DNA of 64,000 nt, from NCBI GenBank assembly GCA_026023565.1, contig JAPETS010000017.1, forward strand, positions 186,001 to 250,000, written 5' to 3'. The notes beneath the pieces are model-generated. The model was not told the origin of the DNA. It was given only the letters and a program-made list of their open reading frames with translations, and made no database searches. Positions 51,791-64,000 of the stretch are shown in pieces (position 1 is the stretch's first letter; each line of letters starts with the position of its first letter). The translations under genes were made by a program, and so were the position numbers. Source of the DNA: Cirrosporium novae-zelandiae (Eukaryota).

Positions 51791-52121
51791 ATGCCTGAGC
51801 TCTCAGTCCCATCAAACATGGAGGCATGGACCCAATTCTCCGACTCTACCTCATATACCTCCTTCGCCACCTATCCTGCTCCGTCCCACCGTTCTTATGA
51901 GTTGGAGCTCGATGAACTTGTCCGCATGCAACAGATCCCACCAACAATTAGGTCTAGGGTTTTGAACGCCTATGCAGAAGCGGATGAGCATGTATGCATT
52001 TCTCGGTGAAGTTTCATTGATAGAGAGATCTAACTGGCAGTATCAGGACAATGTTAAGAAACCACCAAAGAAAGTGAGCTTCTGGAAAAGGGTGTTCTGC
52101 TGCAGCTGCGGGAGGTCTTAA
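51791..52121 (+). CDS. Small (~91-93 aa) protein with a basic, Cys-rich C-terminus; 2 exons
   Basis: ACAATG start, donor CAT|GTATGC at 51992, CTAAC branch point, acceptor 52040 or 52046. Exon 2 encodes DNVKKPPKKVSFWKRVFCCSCGRS*. Confidence 0.6.
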
Positions 52122-53047
52122 AGTGTTTGCAAGGGTGTATGGGTGCTTACAGTCCGGATTATGACACTATGACACCCTCTTTCTGTACGCTCTCTCGATG
52201 GATATATGCAATGAAGGGATGACCGATACTCCTCGGCGTTTTCCATGTTGAAGACTTACCTTTTTATGGAAATACAATTGTGATTCTTTCTTCAACAAAA
52301 GGTAGAAACTACTTAAGAGATAAACCCATTTTGAAGAAATATGGAAATTCTTTGTTCGAGAGAGACTTATGCGGCCTTCTAGCCTTTTCAAAAAAAATGA
52401 GCACAGCATTTCATGTTCCCCTTACCTTGTCCTTACCTGTTCTGTTCAAATACCTTCAGGACTTGTTAACAGGACTTACTAACTCAATAGCTAAAAAAAA
52501 ACAACTTCACTAGTAATGAGTTCTGCTGATACCCCCTTAAAAAATAATTGATCATGCTGTTTTCCTCTCTTCAACATATTCGAAGGTTTCTACTACTATA
52601 ACCTCACCTCACGTTATTCAGGGCACTTGGAATACTTCCATATCTAGGTCCGCGCAGGGAAATTACTGAATATAGACTACTACATCAGGGAAAATGGACA
52701 TATCATAGCTCAGCTCTTCTTTAAAAAAAAGTTGGGTTTGGCCAGGAAACATGGTACTAACACACTTGTGAGATACATCTTAACTTTGCTAGGTAGATAG
52801 GGGTTGATTAGTTGTTCAAGGTATGCACGTGTTTGACGGTTTCTAGATCGGGATATTCCATTTTGTTATAAAATGATTTCATGCATGTGGAAACATATCC
52901 ACTGGTTTCATTGCATGTATCATGACTTAAGTGAAGTGACTCCTAACTCCAAACTCGTAGCCCTCGAGTACCCAAATCCGGTTAGACCCCCTCATCCCAA
53001 AATATTTCATTTGCGTGTAGCTTTTATACAATTTGGGTTATACCAGC

Positions 53048-54818
53048 TCAATGTTGGCTCCATTCAATACTATCCAAAGCAATGCCCTCCTGAACCAATT
53101 CCCACAGCGGACTGAGTTCTCTTAGGAAGGTGACCCGCTCTTTAACAGCCTTCAGCACATAGTCGATCTCACTTTCAGTCGTGAACCTTCCAATACCGAA
53201 GCGGATACTACTATGTGCACTCTCATCGCTGTTTCCGAGGGCACGGAGCACGTAGCTAGGCTCTAGGGAGGCGGACGTGCAGGCACTTCCAGAGGACAGG
53301 GCAATATCTTTGAGAGCCATGAGAAGGGATTCACCTTCAACATAATCGAAGGAAACATTGACACATCCAGGGTAATGATGCTCTGGGTCACCGTTGAGGT
53401 GAGTATGCTCAAGGCCTAAGAGGCCATCGAGAAGGCGTTTGGAGAGAGCAGAAATACACTTGTGGTCGTACTAAATTCCGGGGAGAGATAAGTTAGCGAG
53501 ACGAACCCATACATCATATGATGTGGATATAGATATTTTCCAAAATATTAGTACCCCTGCTATAACATTTAATGCATACTGGGAACATGTGCTTTGCACA
53601 TATTGCCACCCCAGGACGCCCAGGAAGCCATGCAATTAAAGCGTATCATCATATGTAAGAGTTTAGAGGACAAGGAGAGAATCAACGTACCGCCATCTCC
53701 TCCTTGGCTACTCGACTGGCTTCCCCAAAACCAACTACTAGTGCAGGAGCTAGAGTTCCACTTCGAAGACCACGCTCCTGTCCACCCCCACTAATGATAG
53801 GATCAATCCTAACCCGAGGTCGTCGTCGAACATAGCAAGCTCCAATGCCCTTAGGACCATAGATTTTATGTGAAGAAATAGACATCAAATCCACATTCCA
53901 TTTGTTGACATCGATGGGGATCTTTCCAACGGCTTGAGCACCATCAGTGTGGAAAAAGACCTTCTTTGATCTACACAAAGCGCCAATCTGCTCAACGGGT
54001 TGAATGACCCCTATTTCATTATTGACAGTCATAATGCTAACAAGGGCTGTATCAGGTCGGATGGCAGCCTCCAATTCTTTCATATCAATCAATCCACTGT
54101 GTTGTACTGGTAGATATGTAACTTCAAACCCCTCATCTTGTAGATGCCTGCAGCTGTCAAGAACACATTTATGTTCAGTCTGACTAGTTATAATGTGCTT
54201 TTTCTTGCCTGAACGGCCGAAGAACCTTGCGACTCCTTTAATACTCATATTATTACTCTCCGTAGCACCACTTGTGAAAATTATTTCTTTTGCATCAGCT
54301 CCGATTAATTTAGCCACATGCTCTCTAGCCTGCTCCACGGCCTTATCAGTTTCCCATCCATAAGCATGAGTTCTTGAATGTGGGTTTCCGTAGAGGCCGG
54401 TGTAAAATGGTAGCATAGCATCGAGGACACGAGGGTCAGTCGGTGTTGTAGCTTGCATATCAAGATAAATAGGCCGTGTTCCCTCATCCATGACAGTTGC
54501 TTGCTTTAAGATACCAGCCTGAGGGCTCAAGATGGCATCGGCACCCATTGTTGTCCCAGGAACTGTGACATCTTCAGGTTTTCGCCCCGTTTGAGCAATA
54601 AATGCCTTTTGATCAGCTTTAATTGCAGTCTCGACATTGACTGATGCTTTACCCTGCTTGGTTTCGGAAACATATGAGCGTCGATCGGATGGCAACGGAC
54701 GGATGCAACCTCTTAATCTTGGATGGGGCGAATTTTTGAACAAGGCGTTAGATATTGAAAGACGTTGAGAGGAGATTCTTGTGGCGTGTCTCCAAGCCTT
54801 GGGGGCTAGATTAGACAT
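53048..54818 (-). CDS. NFS1: Mitochondrial cysteine desulfurase; 2 exons
   Basis: [47 protein letters not shown] (PLP Lys), [35 protein letters not shown]; intron 53471-53690. Confidence 0.97.
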
Positions 54819-55617
54819 GATGAATGTCACTGAAGATAATAAGAAGGATAAATGAAGAAGGATGTTGAGAGAATTGAGAAATGGGAAAGCTCTTCAAGTT
54901 AAAAGAAGAAGATTGCTTATAATTAGCTCCGACAAGCCATTCATCATATTCCGCACTCTTCGGAGATATTGGGGAGGGCCGAGGGTTTGATATAGCCGAA
55001 ATAAGCGAACCAACCAGAAGAGCTATTAGATAATTATTCTCCTTTCAGCATTATTTGCATTATTATCTAATGTAGTGAAATAAGAGTTTGTAGTGTTGTC
55101 AGTCAGTCAGTGTACACAGTAAGCACATCAACGACGACTCATCTCAGCTCTTTTGGACCTTTTGGACTTTTGGATGTGTCAAAGCAGGATTGAAGTTGTT
55201 TGTACGTGGAAAGAAACTAACAAAGAGTTACCTTGACCTTGTCTTCCTTTGCCTGCGCCTCTTGTTGCCCAAAGCTCTGTCAGACTGTCAGGGCCACTTC
55301 GTACGCTACTACCTAAGCCCCCCCGGATACCTTCGTCATTGCAGATTCGGTACCCGGAGTTGCCATGTTCAGCAAAGACAATAAAGAACCATCATTCACA
55401 AATCATTAACACCCCATTTCCAAATTAAAAAAATTAAGTGAATATTGCAAGGAACTTGCAACCACTATCGACTTAATATCCCTCAATCACTTCGAACTCA
55501 CAAGTCCTAGTCGAAACCAACTTCTTTTCTACCTTCTACTAACCTGCCTGTTTATCCAAACCTCTCCTTCAGCTCTCTTCAAAATCATATGATCTCCTCA
55601 AAAACCCTGTAAAAACC

Positions 55618-57153
55618 ATGAGTTTGAAAGGCTTTCAAAAGGGCGTTGTGCGCGTATGTTTTATGACTTCTTTTCAACTCTGATAATCATCTTGTTGACA
55701 AACGTTATTAGGCGCCCCAAACCTTCAAAGCCAGATTCAACTTGGTAGGGTTCCCACCACCGCCCGTTGAGACTAAGTCGTGGGCATCGGGATCGACCAA
55801 CGTGGAAGACAAGATACTAATTTGATCAAGGGTGAAAATACCAAGGATGCTGTATATCTCGATGCAGAGCGGCGATTTCAAGAGTTAGAGAAGGAGACAA
55901 AGAAATTACATGAGGAATCTAAGAGGTAAACATCTATACTGTCAGCCTTGATGAAGATAGACAATGGCTAATCTTGGAACAGATATTTCGACGCAATAAA
56001 TGGTCCGTACCGCGAGACCTAATACTACAAATCGTTCCTAACATTTCTTCTAGGCATGTTAAGCCATCAAATTGAATTCTCAAAAGCCATTGCCGAAATA
56101 TACAAACCCATATCCGGTCGGGTTTCCGACCCCGAGTCAATAAAACCAGAAGGAAATCCTGAAGGCATTCGCGCTTGTGAAGAATATGAAGCCATTGTCC
56201 GCGATCTACAAGCAACACTAGCACCTGAACTCGAAATGATCGAAACACGAGTCATTCGTCCCGCCGACGAACTTCTTGACATTATCAAAGTAATTCGCAA
56301 GGCAGCCACCAAGCGCCAGCACAAGCAACTCGACTACGATCGTCACCGTGCTTCCCTTAAGAAGCTTCAAGATAAGAAAGAGAAAACGCTAAAGGACGAA
56401 AAGGCCCTCTACAAGGCTGAAAATGATGTCGAGATGGCAACGCAGGAGTTCAACTACTGGAACGACCTCCTCAAAGACGAGCTCCCCAAACTCTTTCAAT
56501 TAGAACGTGAATTTATCCGTCCCCTGTTCCAATCATTCTATTACATGCAGCTCAACGTCTTCTACACACTGCACGAAAAAATGCAAGGCCTCGATATCGG
56601 ATACTTTGACCTCACCAGCGACATTGAAGCTGCCTTCGAGAAGAAGCGTGGTGACGTTAAAGAGACTGCCGAAACTCTCTCAATTACGCACTTTAAGACT
56701 ACGGGTGGGATCAAACGACCCGGTTCCCGACCAGGAGAGTCCAAGTATGCAGGCAAGTATCTCGAGAGCAAGTCCGATTCTACCATAAATTCCCGCCGCC
56801 ACAGTGACCACATTGAAAACCCTCCACCACCTTACTCTGCCTCTCTCTCCCCCACCACAACAGGTGCCTCGGCGATTGGTCGCGCAAATAGCACAGGTTC
56901 GGCATGGGGCGCGGCAGCTAAAGCCAAACCTCCACCACCAAAACCCAAGCCAGCTCGATTCAGCGGGGCTCCACCACCAGAGACTGTTACAGCACTGTAT
57001 GACTACGAGGCACAAGCGGAAGGAGATCTCAGTTTCATCACTGGTGATGTGATTGAGATTGTCCAAAGGACGCAAAACGAGAACGAGTGGTGGACGGGAA
57101 GGATCAATGGGAGACAGGGCCAGTTCCCTGGGAATTACGTCAAGCTGAATTGA
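55618..57153 (+). CDS. RVS167: Amphiphysin-like BAR-SH3 protein Rvs167/Hob1; 5 exons including a 20-nt microexon
   Basis: [43 protein letters not shown]...|YFDAIN|GMLSHQ; C-terminal SH3 [15 protein letters not shown]...[16 protein letters not shown]. Confidence 0.93.
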
Positions 57154-57684
57154 TGAATTGGATGCCAGTTCGTTGCATTGTTTTCGGTCTTTTTATATGC
57201 ATTGCGATATAGCGTGCGGTGCGGTGCGCTCTTCAGTAGATAGATGAGTTTGGGAGTCCAGACTAGAGAGTCTGGGGAAGGCTGATTGGCTTGTGCGATT
57301 CATGCTGATGCTACACAGACGATCAGATGCCAAGCTACGAAGGATGATGCTTAAGTAATGCAGATTTTGGGAAAGTAAGCTTGCACTTATGTGTTAGATT
57401 CCTTCCCGATTTATAAAATACGAATATTTATGGTAAATTTTCTATTGAAACGACACGTAATTCTGGAAAGATGAAGCAAATAATTTTCATTTCATATGAA
57501 TCAAAATACCTACCTGGTATCATGTTGGATATTCCCCTCTCATGCTCGGGTAGAACTATGAACCTCACATATATAAAATCCAGAAATCAGAAGTCTAAGG
57601 TGGAAATCCGTAATATCAAACAACATGCACGTCTGTTGTCTTTCATCCGTAAGCAAATCACCAGACGAAAAGTCACTCCAATCG

Positions 57685-59258
57685 TCACCAATGGCATATG
57701 CCTCCCTCACTACTATCCATGGTCCAAGTCCCTGCGAGTCCAACAACTTCCATGACACCATCGGCATGTTCGCCCAGCTTTCCCAGCCTAGCAGATTTAG
57801 CCTTTGGAAGACCGCCATCATCGCCATCTCTATTCCGCTGCCATTGTCGGGGCTGCATACGCGCACCTGGCGAATTCGACAATAGCCTATCGGCCCAGCT
57901 ATCGATCGCCGGTTCGCCTGTCTCGTCGCGCGCTTGTTTCAGGAATGGAAGCAAGGCCGTCCCCCCGGTTCCTCGGAGGCCCTTGCTCCCGCTTACGCCG
58001 ACTGAGGCGGCGAAATTGATGGGCGTGTTAACACTGGGTCGGTCCGGGGACACGGATTTCGAGCCCGCTCGTTGCCGCTCGCGGGACTTTATGACTATGT
58101 ATCGAGTCACGATTTGTAGGTGCTTGTCTCGAAGAGTGCGGAGCATTGCGAGTGCGGCGTCGTAGGCGAGAGTTAGGGCCTTGTTTTCAGGGGTATCGTG
58201 CATGTGCACGAAGTCGCGGATGTTGCAGACATAGGATAGGTCGCTCAGGAAGCGACGGTGAGGACCGGGCATGTATTTTCGCATCTCGGAAAGGAAATTA
58301 TGGCCTGAAGGTTGGGCCTCTGCGGGGGTAGCGGGCTTTGCGGTGCCTGTGGGACGGTGCTCCACACCAAGGGCAATATCGAAGAATTGAATTAGAGAGC
58401 TTTGTGCATTGCTCCCGCCGCCATATTGGGCATACTTTGGATCTGGTCCTCCGTCGTCATAAAGAACGCCATTTGGTAGGCCAGCATCCGCCATATTCTT
58501 CGAGCCGGCAAGGAAGGGCCGGATACGGTGATAGAAGACATGCGGATCGCAGTTTTCGTACATGCGTGTCAAGAGGGTACCAACTTCATCCACCTTCTCA
58601 GCAAAAGTCTGCAGGCAGAAAGTAACGGTCTCGATATCATCTCGGCGAGCAGCGGCAATAGCACGTAAGATGATAGGTAATGTAGGCGCGCCCACGGATT
58701 CGATTGCAGTAGAGACCAGGTAAAACCATGATTCATCAAGGGATCCAGTGAAGGTGGTGAGAGTGGCGAGGTTTGAGAGAGAAATTTCAGGATCTGATGC
58801 AAAGAGGGGCCTCCAATTCCATAGGCAGAGCCCGGCGTATGTTGCTGCTGGAGGAAGGTCGAGGTGGGACGACGTGCTGAGCAGGGGTATGGTGATGGGC
58901 GGAGGGATACGCTGTTACACAGATGGTTAGACTTCTCAAAGAAAGTCCCTTTAGATATGATGGTTACCTCTTCCGGCATGTCTCCTCCCCAGATATAGGC
59001 ATGTGCCATGAATCCTAATATCATGTAGGCTCGACGCCATTCCGCCTTAGTCTTCAGCCGCGAAGTGGAGAGGACTAGAAGGCCATCGATGACCTGCCGT
59101 ATCCGTTTGGTCAGGATCAAGGGTTGGAAATTGATTATAATTTCCTCCCATGGCTTGTAGTAAGGGTTAGGGAGATGCTCCAGGGGAAGTTCGGCTGGAA
59201 GGAAGCCATATTCGGGTGAGATATCGTAGTCCTCGAGTCTAGGGATTGGGGGGAGCAT
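57685..59258 (-). CDS. BNA2: Indoleamine 2,3-dioxygenase (Bna2/IdoA type); 2 exons
   Basis: YGFLP, WRRAY..LGFMAHAYIWG, FTGSLDESWFYLVS..IE, FYHRIRPFLAG, GGSNAQSSLIQFFD, MRKYMPGPHRRFL, RDKHLQIVTRYI, GTGGTALLPFLKQARDET; intron 58912-58967. Confidence 0.95.
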
Positions 59259-59888
59259 AACTCCTAGCGGATGCGGGGTAGTGCAAATTCGACTAAGGCA
59301 AATGTGGTTTGGATGGGAAGGGGTTGGCCTTTATTCCAATATCTAATCAGGGGGTATCTGACTGCAATATATGTTCTCGCGTTGAAGAAGAAATATATTC
59401 TAATCGTGTGCTGTTGGGACCCAATTGCTAAGAGGTGGAAGGAAGCCGGCAAGAGGAGTGCTGAGATTTTTAGAGAAGTCTTTTAGTAGAAGTCAAAAGA
59501 CAGGAAAGTTGGTTCTATATGAGAAATATATGTACGAAGGAGAAGAAAGCAAAGAGAAAGAGAGAGGAAAGAAAGATAAGGGAAGAAATGTTGGGAAGTA
59601 GATTTGTATTTCTAATAAAAAAAAGTATTTGAACCCCACGGGACTACGGTACCAAGATGTATTATTGTATAATTGATCGGTATGATCGGATGTCTCCAAG
59701 GTTGAACTTCTTTTGCTTTGACCTGTAGGGGATCATCGGAACTGTTCAGGGATCAGTGGCTTCGAAGGCTCAGGACCAAACACCAAACCCCACCCCCACA
59801 AACGCCATTCAAAAGTATCATGGTCATGGTATCATGGTATCATGCCGAAGTGCCTGCCTAGGTACCTAGGTAGGTACTTATAAGGATG

Positions 59889-59927
59889 CAGGCACTCAGG
59901 CACTCAGGCACTCAGGCACTCAGGCAC
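59889..59927. repeat. (CAGGCACT)x~5 tandem array upstream of the IDO gene, next to the palindrome CCTAGGTACCTAGG
   Basis: Read directly from the sequence; palindrome at 59857-59870. Confidence 0.85.
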
Positions 59928-60417
59928 CTAGGAACCTAGAGCCCTAAAGCACGTGTCGACCTCAAACCCTCCGCTTCACCGTTAGTCATGTCCGGGCTAA
60001 AGGACCAACTGTTGCTAACAAACCACTGTCCTACAAGATCCTGTCCTATACCCTTCTTACTGTATAATTATCTATCATGTTCCGCTGTGTTCCATTTCTT
60101 TCATTTCCAACCAGATTCAGTCATCCCTCTCTGAGTCATCATCAGATCACCTACCCACATCTACTGCTAATATTACATATACATCTTCACTGTCATACAT
60201 CTCCTGATTCAACAAAAGAGAAAAAAAAGCTGGTGCAATGTATATGCCTCAAAGATCAGACAGACACTGTGCTTATACATGCAAGATATCTTCAGAAAAT
60301 GAACAAAAGAAGGAAATATAATGTCCATGACCCGTCAAATCATTTAGAGCCCAGAAATAATCCCCCACACGGTCAAGTTGAACTCCATCCTTATCCAAAT
60401 CTTGCATAGAAGGGTTT

Positions 60418-62520
60418 TCACTGTACATTTAAAATCAATTCATCTCCACTCCGAGTTGGTGTCAATTTGGGATTCCAAACTGGACTTTTCGGATTCGATG
60501 CTTCGCTTCTCATTTGAGCTTCCTTCTCGTTCTTCTCATTCGGTTGCTGAACCTTCCATCTTTTCCCTATTCCGTTCTCTCCCTGTTTCAACTTCATACT
60601 CTGCTCGAGCTGCGCCGCTCGTTCCCCCTTTCGTTTTGCCAGCAAAGACGAAGGACTCTGGTCCCGAGATAATGCCCCCTCTCTTCTTTTGTCTATCTGC
60701 TCCTCTGACTGTATTCGACTTGCGTCGGGGCTCCCTCGTTCCGGCCAGAAACGAGCAGTTGGAACGGCCTTTCTGTCCGCACCTTTTATCCAAGATGAAG
60801 GGCGCGGCAATTTTGGATATCTCAACCCACTTATAGGGCTCTTATCCGGGCTCTCTACCACTGGTGATAGTCGCATATCCTGTTCCGGGGGTGTTTCTTC
60901 GTCATCGGCTGATTCAAAACTAGTCTCAGAAGATGCGGTGGAATATCTTGTACTAGACCTCTTTCCAAGGCTTTTTCGAGACAATCGCGTTGAGTTGGAC
61001 GATGCCTCATTGCCTTGCTCTCTTAAACCCTTCCCATCAACGCTTTCTCGTGGCTCACTGGGCGGAAGAGAGCCCGACGAAGAGTAAATACTGGAGGTTG
61101 CTGTACCTGGTACCGTTAAATTTTGTTGAGACCGTTCTGGTGGCATTAATTTCTTGTTTGTAGGCACTGGCGGTGTTGGCGTTCGAGGTCGTTGGGCCTG
61201 TGATGGGGCCGCTGGTGGGCCAATAGATTCAGGACTTGCATCGGGCGTAACTAGCCTTGGTAGAAGACTCCTTGATCCACGCTCTCTTGAAGGCCCCTGG
61301 GCCCGTGGTGTTGTGTAGGTGTTCTGGGGTCGCACCAACGGTCTTACTGGTTGCGCTGGCCACCGACTATTTTCAAAGGCTCGATTTCTCGCTGAAGGGT
61401 CTTGTAAAGTGGCGAGCTTCATACTTTTACGATCACCGTCGACATCTTCCTCAAAGTCAGTGGCAACACTTTCTGGCCTATTTGGTCTATATGGCCGCGA
61501 AGGAGGTGGAAACAGCGTATAACTGGGCTTTTCGGGCAGGAGCTGCGACGTGGTACGATAACTTTCAAAGCTACCTGTCGATTTAATTCTCGGTGATTCT
61601 GGTGATATTGCAATTCCAATCTCCTCTGGTTTAGCACTTTTTCGCCAGAAACTATACCGTCGTTCTCCAACAGGCGGCCTATCTTGTGACGATCCCTCCC
61701 CTCCATTGCCGCTTCTTACATCTATATCACGAGGGCCAATTTCCATAGGAATCTCTGGGCTAGGAAGTGGATCAAACTGAGATTTAGGAAAGTCGAAAGG
61801 AAGTTCAGGACTCCTATCTTCTAATTTTCTTCGTTTGCGTAAACAGCATACAAATATCAGAAGTCCTAATACGACTATAGCAGAGGCTACAGCGGCAACT
61901 GAAATACCGACTATCTGACCGGTGGATAATCCTTTAGACTTGGAACCGGTTGGCTGGATGGTTGCAGATGCTGTCGCTGTTGAAGTGGATGCACTAAAAC
62001 TTGTAGTTTTCGAAGGAATTGTAGGTGTACCGGACGCTGTGAGTAAGCCAGTCTCTGAGTGAGTGGATGAATTTCTAGAACTAGATAAAATAGAAGTTGA
62101 CGTAGGAATTGTGGTCGATGTAGCAGAAACAAATGAAACTGTTGTCGTGATCATTAATGTAGCAGTGATTGTTGAATGAGTGTTGGGTAAAGCGCCCACT
62201 ATTCCAGAACAAATAGCATATACGGTCGTGTCATGAAGGGTTTGACTTGAGCATTCTGCTGCAACGCAAGCAAGAGCGCCTTCTCCAAGCGTATATCCCG
62301 AAGTACTGTTTTTTGTGCAAAGGCAATCTAGACTTCGTTGATTGGCGCAAATCGATGTTGGAAAGTTATGGTCAATGAATTGAGCTAAACAGGATTGTGA
62401 ACAGAAAGGTATGGATTTCACGATAGATGAAGGGAGTGGATTCGAAGGCTGCGGTAAGGCCGAGGCAAATGCTTGAAGAAAGAGCAAGATGCGTTGAAAT
62501 CTGAGAAATGGTATCGTCAT
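60418..62520 (-). CDS. Type I membrane protein: CFEM-like Cys domain, Ser/Thr stalk, single TM, long cytoplasmic tail
   Basis: Signal peptide from MTIPFLRF; IPFCSQSCL...C....LDCLC.....GYTLGEGALACV..EC...YAIC; TM GLSTGQIVGISVAAVASAIVVLGLLIFVCC followed by LRKRRK. Confidence 0.85.
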   Translation of the reverse strand: MTIPFLRFQRILLFLQAFASALPQPSNPLPSSIVKSIPFCSQSCLAQFIDHNFPTSICANQRSLDCLCTKNSTSGYTLGEGALACVAAECSSQTLHDTTVYAICSGIVGALPNTHSTITATLMITTTVSFVSATSTTIPTSTSILSSSRNSSTHSETGLLTASGTPTIPSKTTSFSASTSTATASATIQPTGSKSKGLSTGQIVGISVAAVASAIVVLGLLIFVCCLRKRRKLEDRSPELPFDFPKSQFDPLPSPEIPMEIGPRDIDVRSGNGGEGSSQDRPPVGERRYSFWRKSAKPEEIGIAISPESPRIKSTGSFESYRTTSQLLPEKPSYTLFPPPSRPYRPNRPESVATDFEEDVDGDRKSMKLATLQDPSARNRAFENSRWPAQPVRPLVRPQNTYTTPRAQGPSRERGSRSLLPRLVTPDASPESIGPPAAPSQAQRPRTPTPPVPTNKKLMPPERSQQNLTVPGTATSSIYSSSGSLPPSEPRESVDGKGLREQGNEASSNSTRLSRKSLGKRSSTRYSTASSETSFESADDEETPPEQDMRLSPVVESPDKSPISGLRYPKLPRPSSWIKGADRKAVPTARFWPERGSPDASRIQSEEQIDKRREGALSRDQSPSSLLAKRKGERAAQLEQSMKLKQGENGIGKRWKVQQPNEKNEKEAQMRSEASNPKSPVWNPKLTPTRSGDELILNVQ

Positions 62521-63680
62521 GCTGTATGAAAACTGATACCAGATTAGCCACCAGACGATCCTGTCTCCAGCACTCAAAATAGACTGACCTTTTGGAAATT
62601 AAAAGTCCCAAACATAAGAAACCCAACATCAGAAAAGAAAATATTGATACATTATCAGAGTTGAAGAAGATGTCAATCAGGAATCTGAAGAACAGAGAAA
62701 AAAGGAGAAGTTGAAGAGCACGAAACACTCATCTTGCAGGGCAAGATGGAATTTTGATCACTGGCATTCTGCATCTTTAGGGAGCCATATGCGTCATTAG
62801 GCTCTGGATAGCCAGTGTCAAGACTTGACGCCTCATTCGAAGCGCCTTGAATGAAACTCAAGCTGTACGATTTTGAGGTCGGAGGTTGTTGGCAATTTGT
62901 TGGTTGTTGGATGGAATACGCGCTTTGTCTAGCGTTTAGAGCATGGCTCACTAGAGAGTGGTTGCCAAGTTGCAGGTCACGTGTAATATCTTCAGCCTTA
63001 AGCTTACAATGACGTGCAACCATTCATCTCAAGTCCCTTGACGCCCACATTGATCCATCCAAGCGGTTCCATCTCAAAATTTTCAGGGCAGTCAGGGCGA
63101 AGAAAACCCTAGACCTGGAGATCATTCTCCAAATTTTCTTGCAGAAGGGGCTTGCCTCCGAGCACCCAATTCTCAAGTGCCTATCCCGCCAAACTATCCC
63201 TCAAGTCTATCAACGTAACTGTGGCACTCCCGGATTACTCGAATTATGAGGGTTACAAGTCTAAGTACTGACTACAATCGCAAACAATCGCAACGTGTAC
63301 ATATAGTGAATGTAGAAATCATGACAGGATATTCATTAGGTAGATACATCGTTTAACGTCTCTGACGACATGGGTATTTCATACTCGTAATCAGCTTCGT
63401 AGAGACTCCTCCATGACTATCACTCAAGAAACAACCCAAGAAAAAACACCGGCAACCAACTAATGTCAACAATCAAGCATGAAGTGAAAATATCTTTTCC
63501 CATGATAGCGATGCTGTGCAAGGGCGAAATCATGCATCTATTACGCATCGATACACCAAAGTTGTCATCAATCATGGAACAAAAGCCGAGGTTAGAAGTG
63601 GAAGGACAAAGTGAGGTCGGTCCTTGCCAGTTCAAATGCGCTGCGGGAGGAAGATTGGCGATATAGGGCGCGCCATCTTG

Positions 63681-63986
63681 CTAATATTTGAGGATGATAT
63701 ATCTAGGGAAGCAGGTCAGTGATTGATAGATAAAACATATGGATATATTCTAATTGACTTACAGTGCATGGATGATACCAGGAATGTAACCAAGGATAGT
63801 CAAGCAAATGTTGATGAGGAGATCACAGTTGCAACCACGCTCGAGGAATACACCAAGAGGCGGGAGGATGATGGCAAGGATGATCTTGCAAATGTCGCTA
63901 TGCAAATATTAGCAAGACTGAGGTAAAAGAATGTCTCTATTAAGACAAAGAGTGGTTGTATTTGGTTACCTAGCGGTGAAGGCCAT
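63681..63986 (-). CDS. PMP3: Plasma membrane proteolipid 3 (Pmp3/RCI2), 57 aa; 3 exons
   Basis: Exons 63970-63986, 63763-63897 and 63681-63702 give MAFTASDICKIILAIILPPLGVFLERGCNCDLLINICLTILGYIPGIIHALYIILKY*. Confidence 0.95.
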
Positions 63987-64000
63987 GTTGACTAGTTGTT

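Noticed and set aside
63723..63926. + strand 67-aa ORF
   Set aside because: Antisense shadow of PMP3.
1..64000. tRNA/rRNA genes or a secondary-metabolite cluster
   Set aside because: No cloverleaf or rRNA-like sequence noticed by eye, and no PKS, NRPS or terpene synthase backbone gene.

Overview
Eukaryotic genomic DNA from a filamentous ascomycete (Pezizomycotina), judged from short GT-AG introns with CTAAC/CTGAC branch points, Zn2Cys6 and velvet transcription factors and RIP-type mutation. About 22 protein-coding genes can be built by hand, mostly housekeeping: a Zn2Cys6 TF, RMD1, a Bud21-like protein, an Mss2-like Sel1 protein, velvet VelC, FHIP/RAI16, NC2-alpha, TTI1, PRI2, NmrA-like, a GPI wall protein, RRD2, DUF202, VPS23, NFS1, RVS167, IDO/BNA2, a CFEM membrane protein, PMP3 and a small Cys-tailed protein. 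There is also a RIP-inactivated 1.84-kb Fot1/pogo transposon with perfect 65-bp TIRs and an amidohydrolase pseudogene. The most notable signal lies in the 5.6-kb gene-free gap between the convergent velC and FHIP genes: a ~2.4-kb + strand segment (~21410-23840) with nested long-range helices, a pseudoknot-like element and a vertebrate-like CR4/5 (P6/P6.1) motif. This is a candidate telomerase RNA, but it has no canonical UAACCCUAA template on that strand. Other points of interest are two predicted GC-AG introns, a structured 220-nt NFS1 intron and several promoter repeat arrays. All calls are by-eye motif recognition; no searches or folding programs were run.
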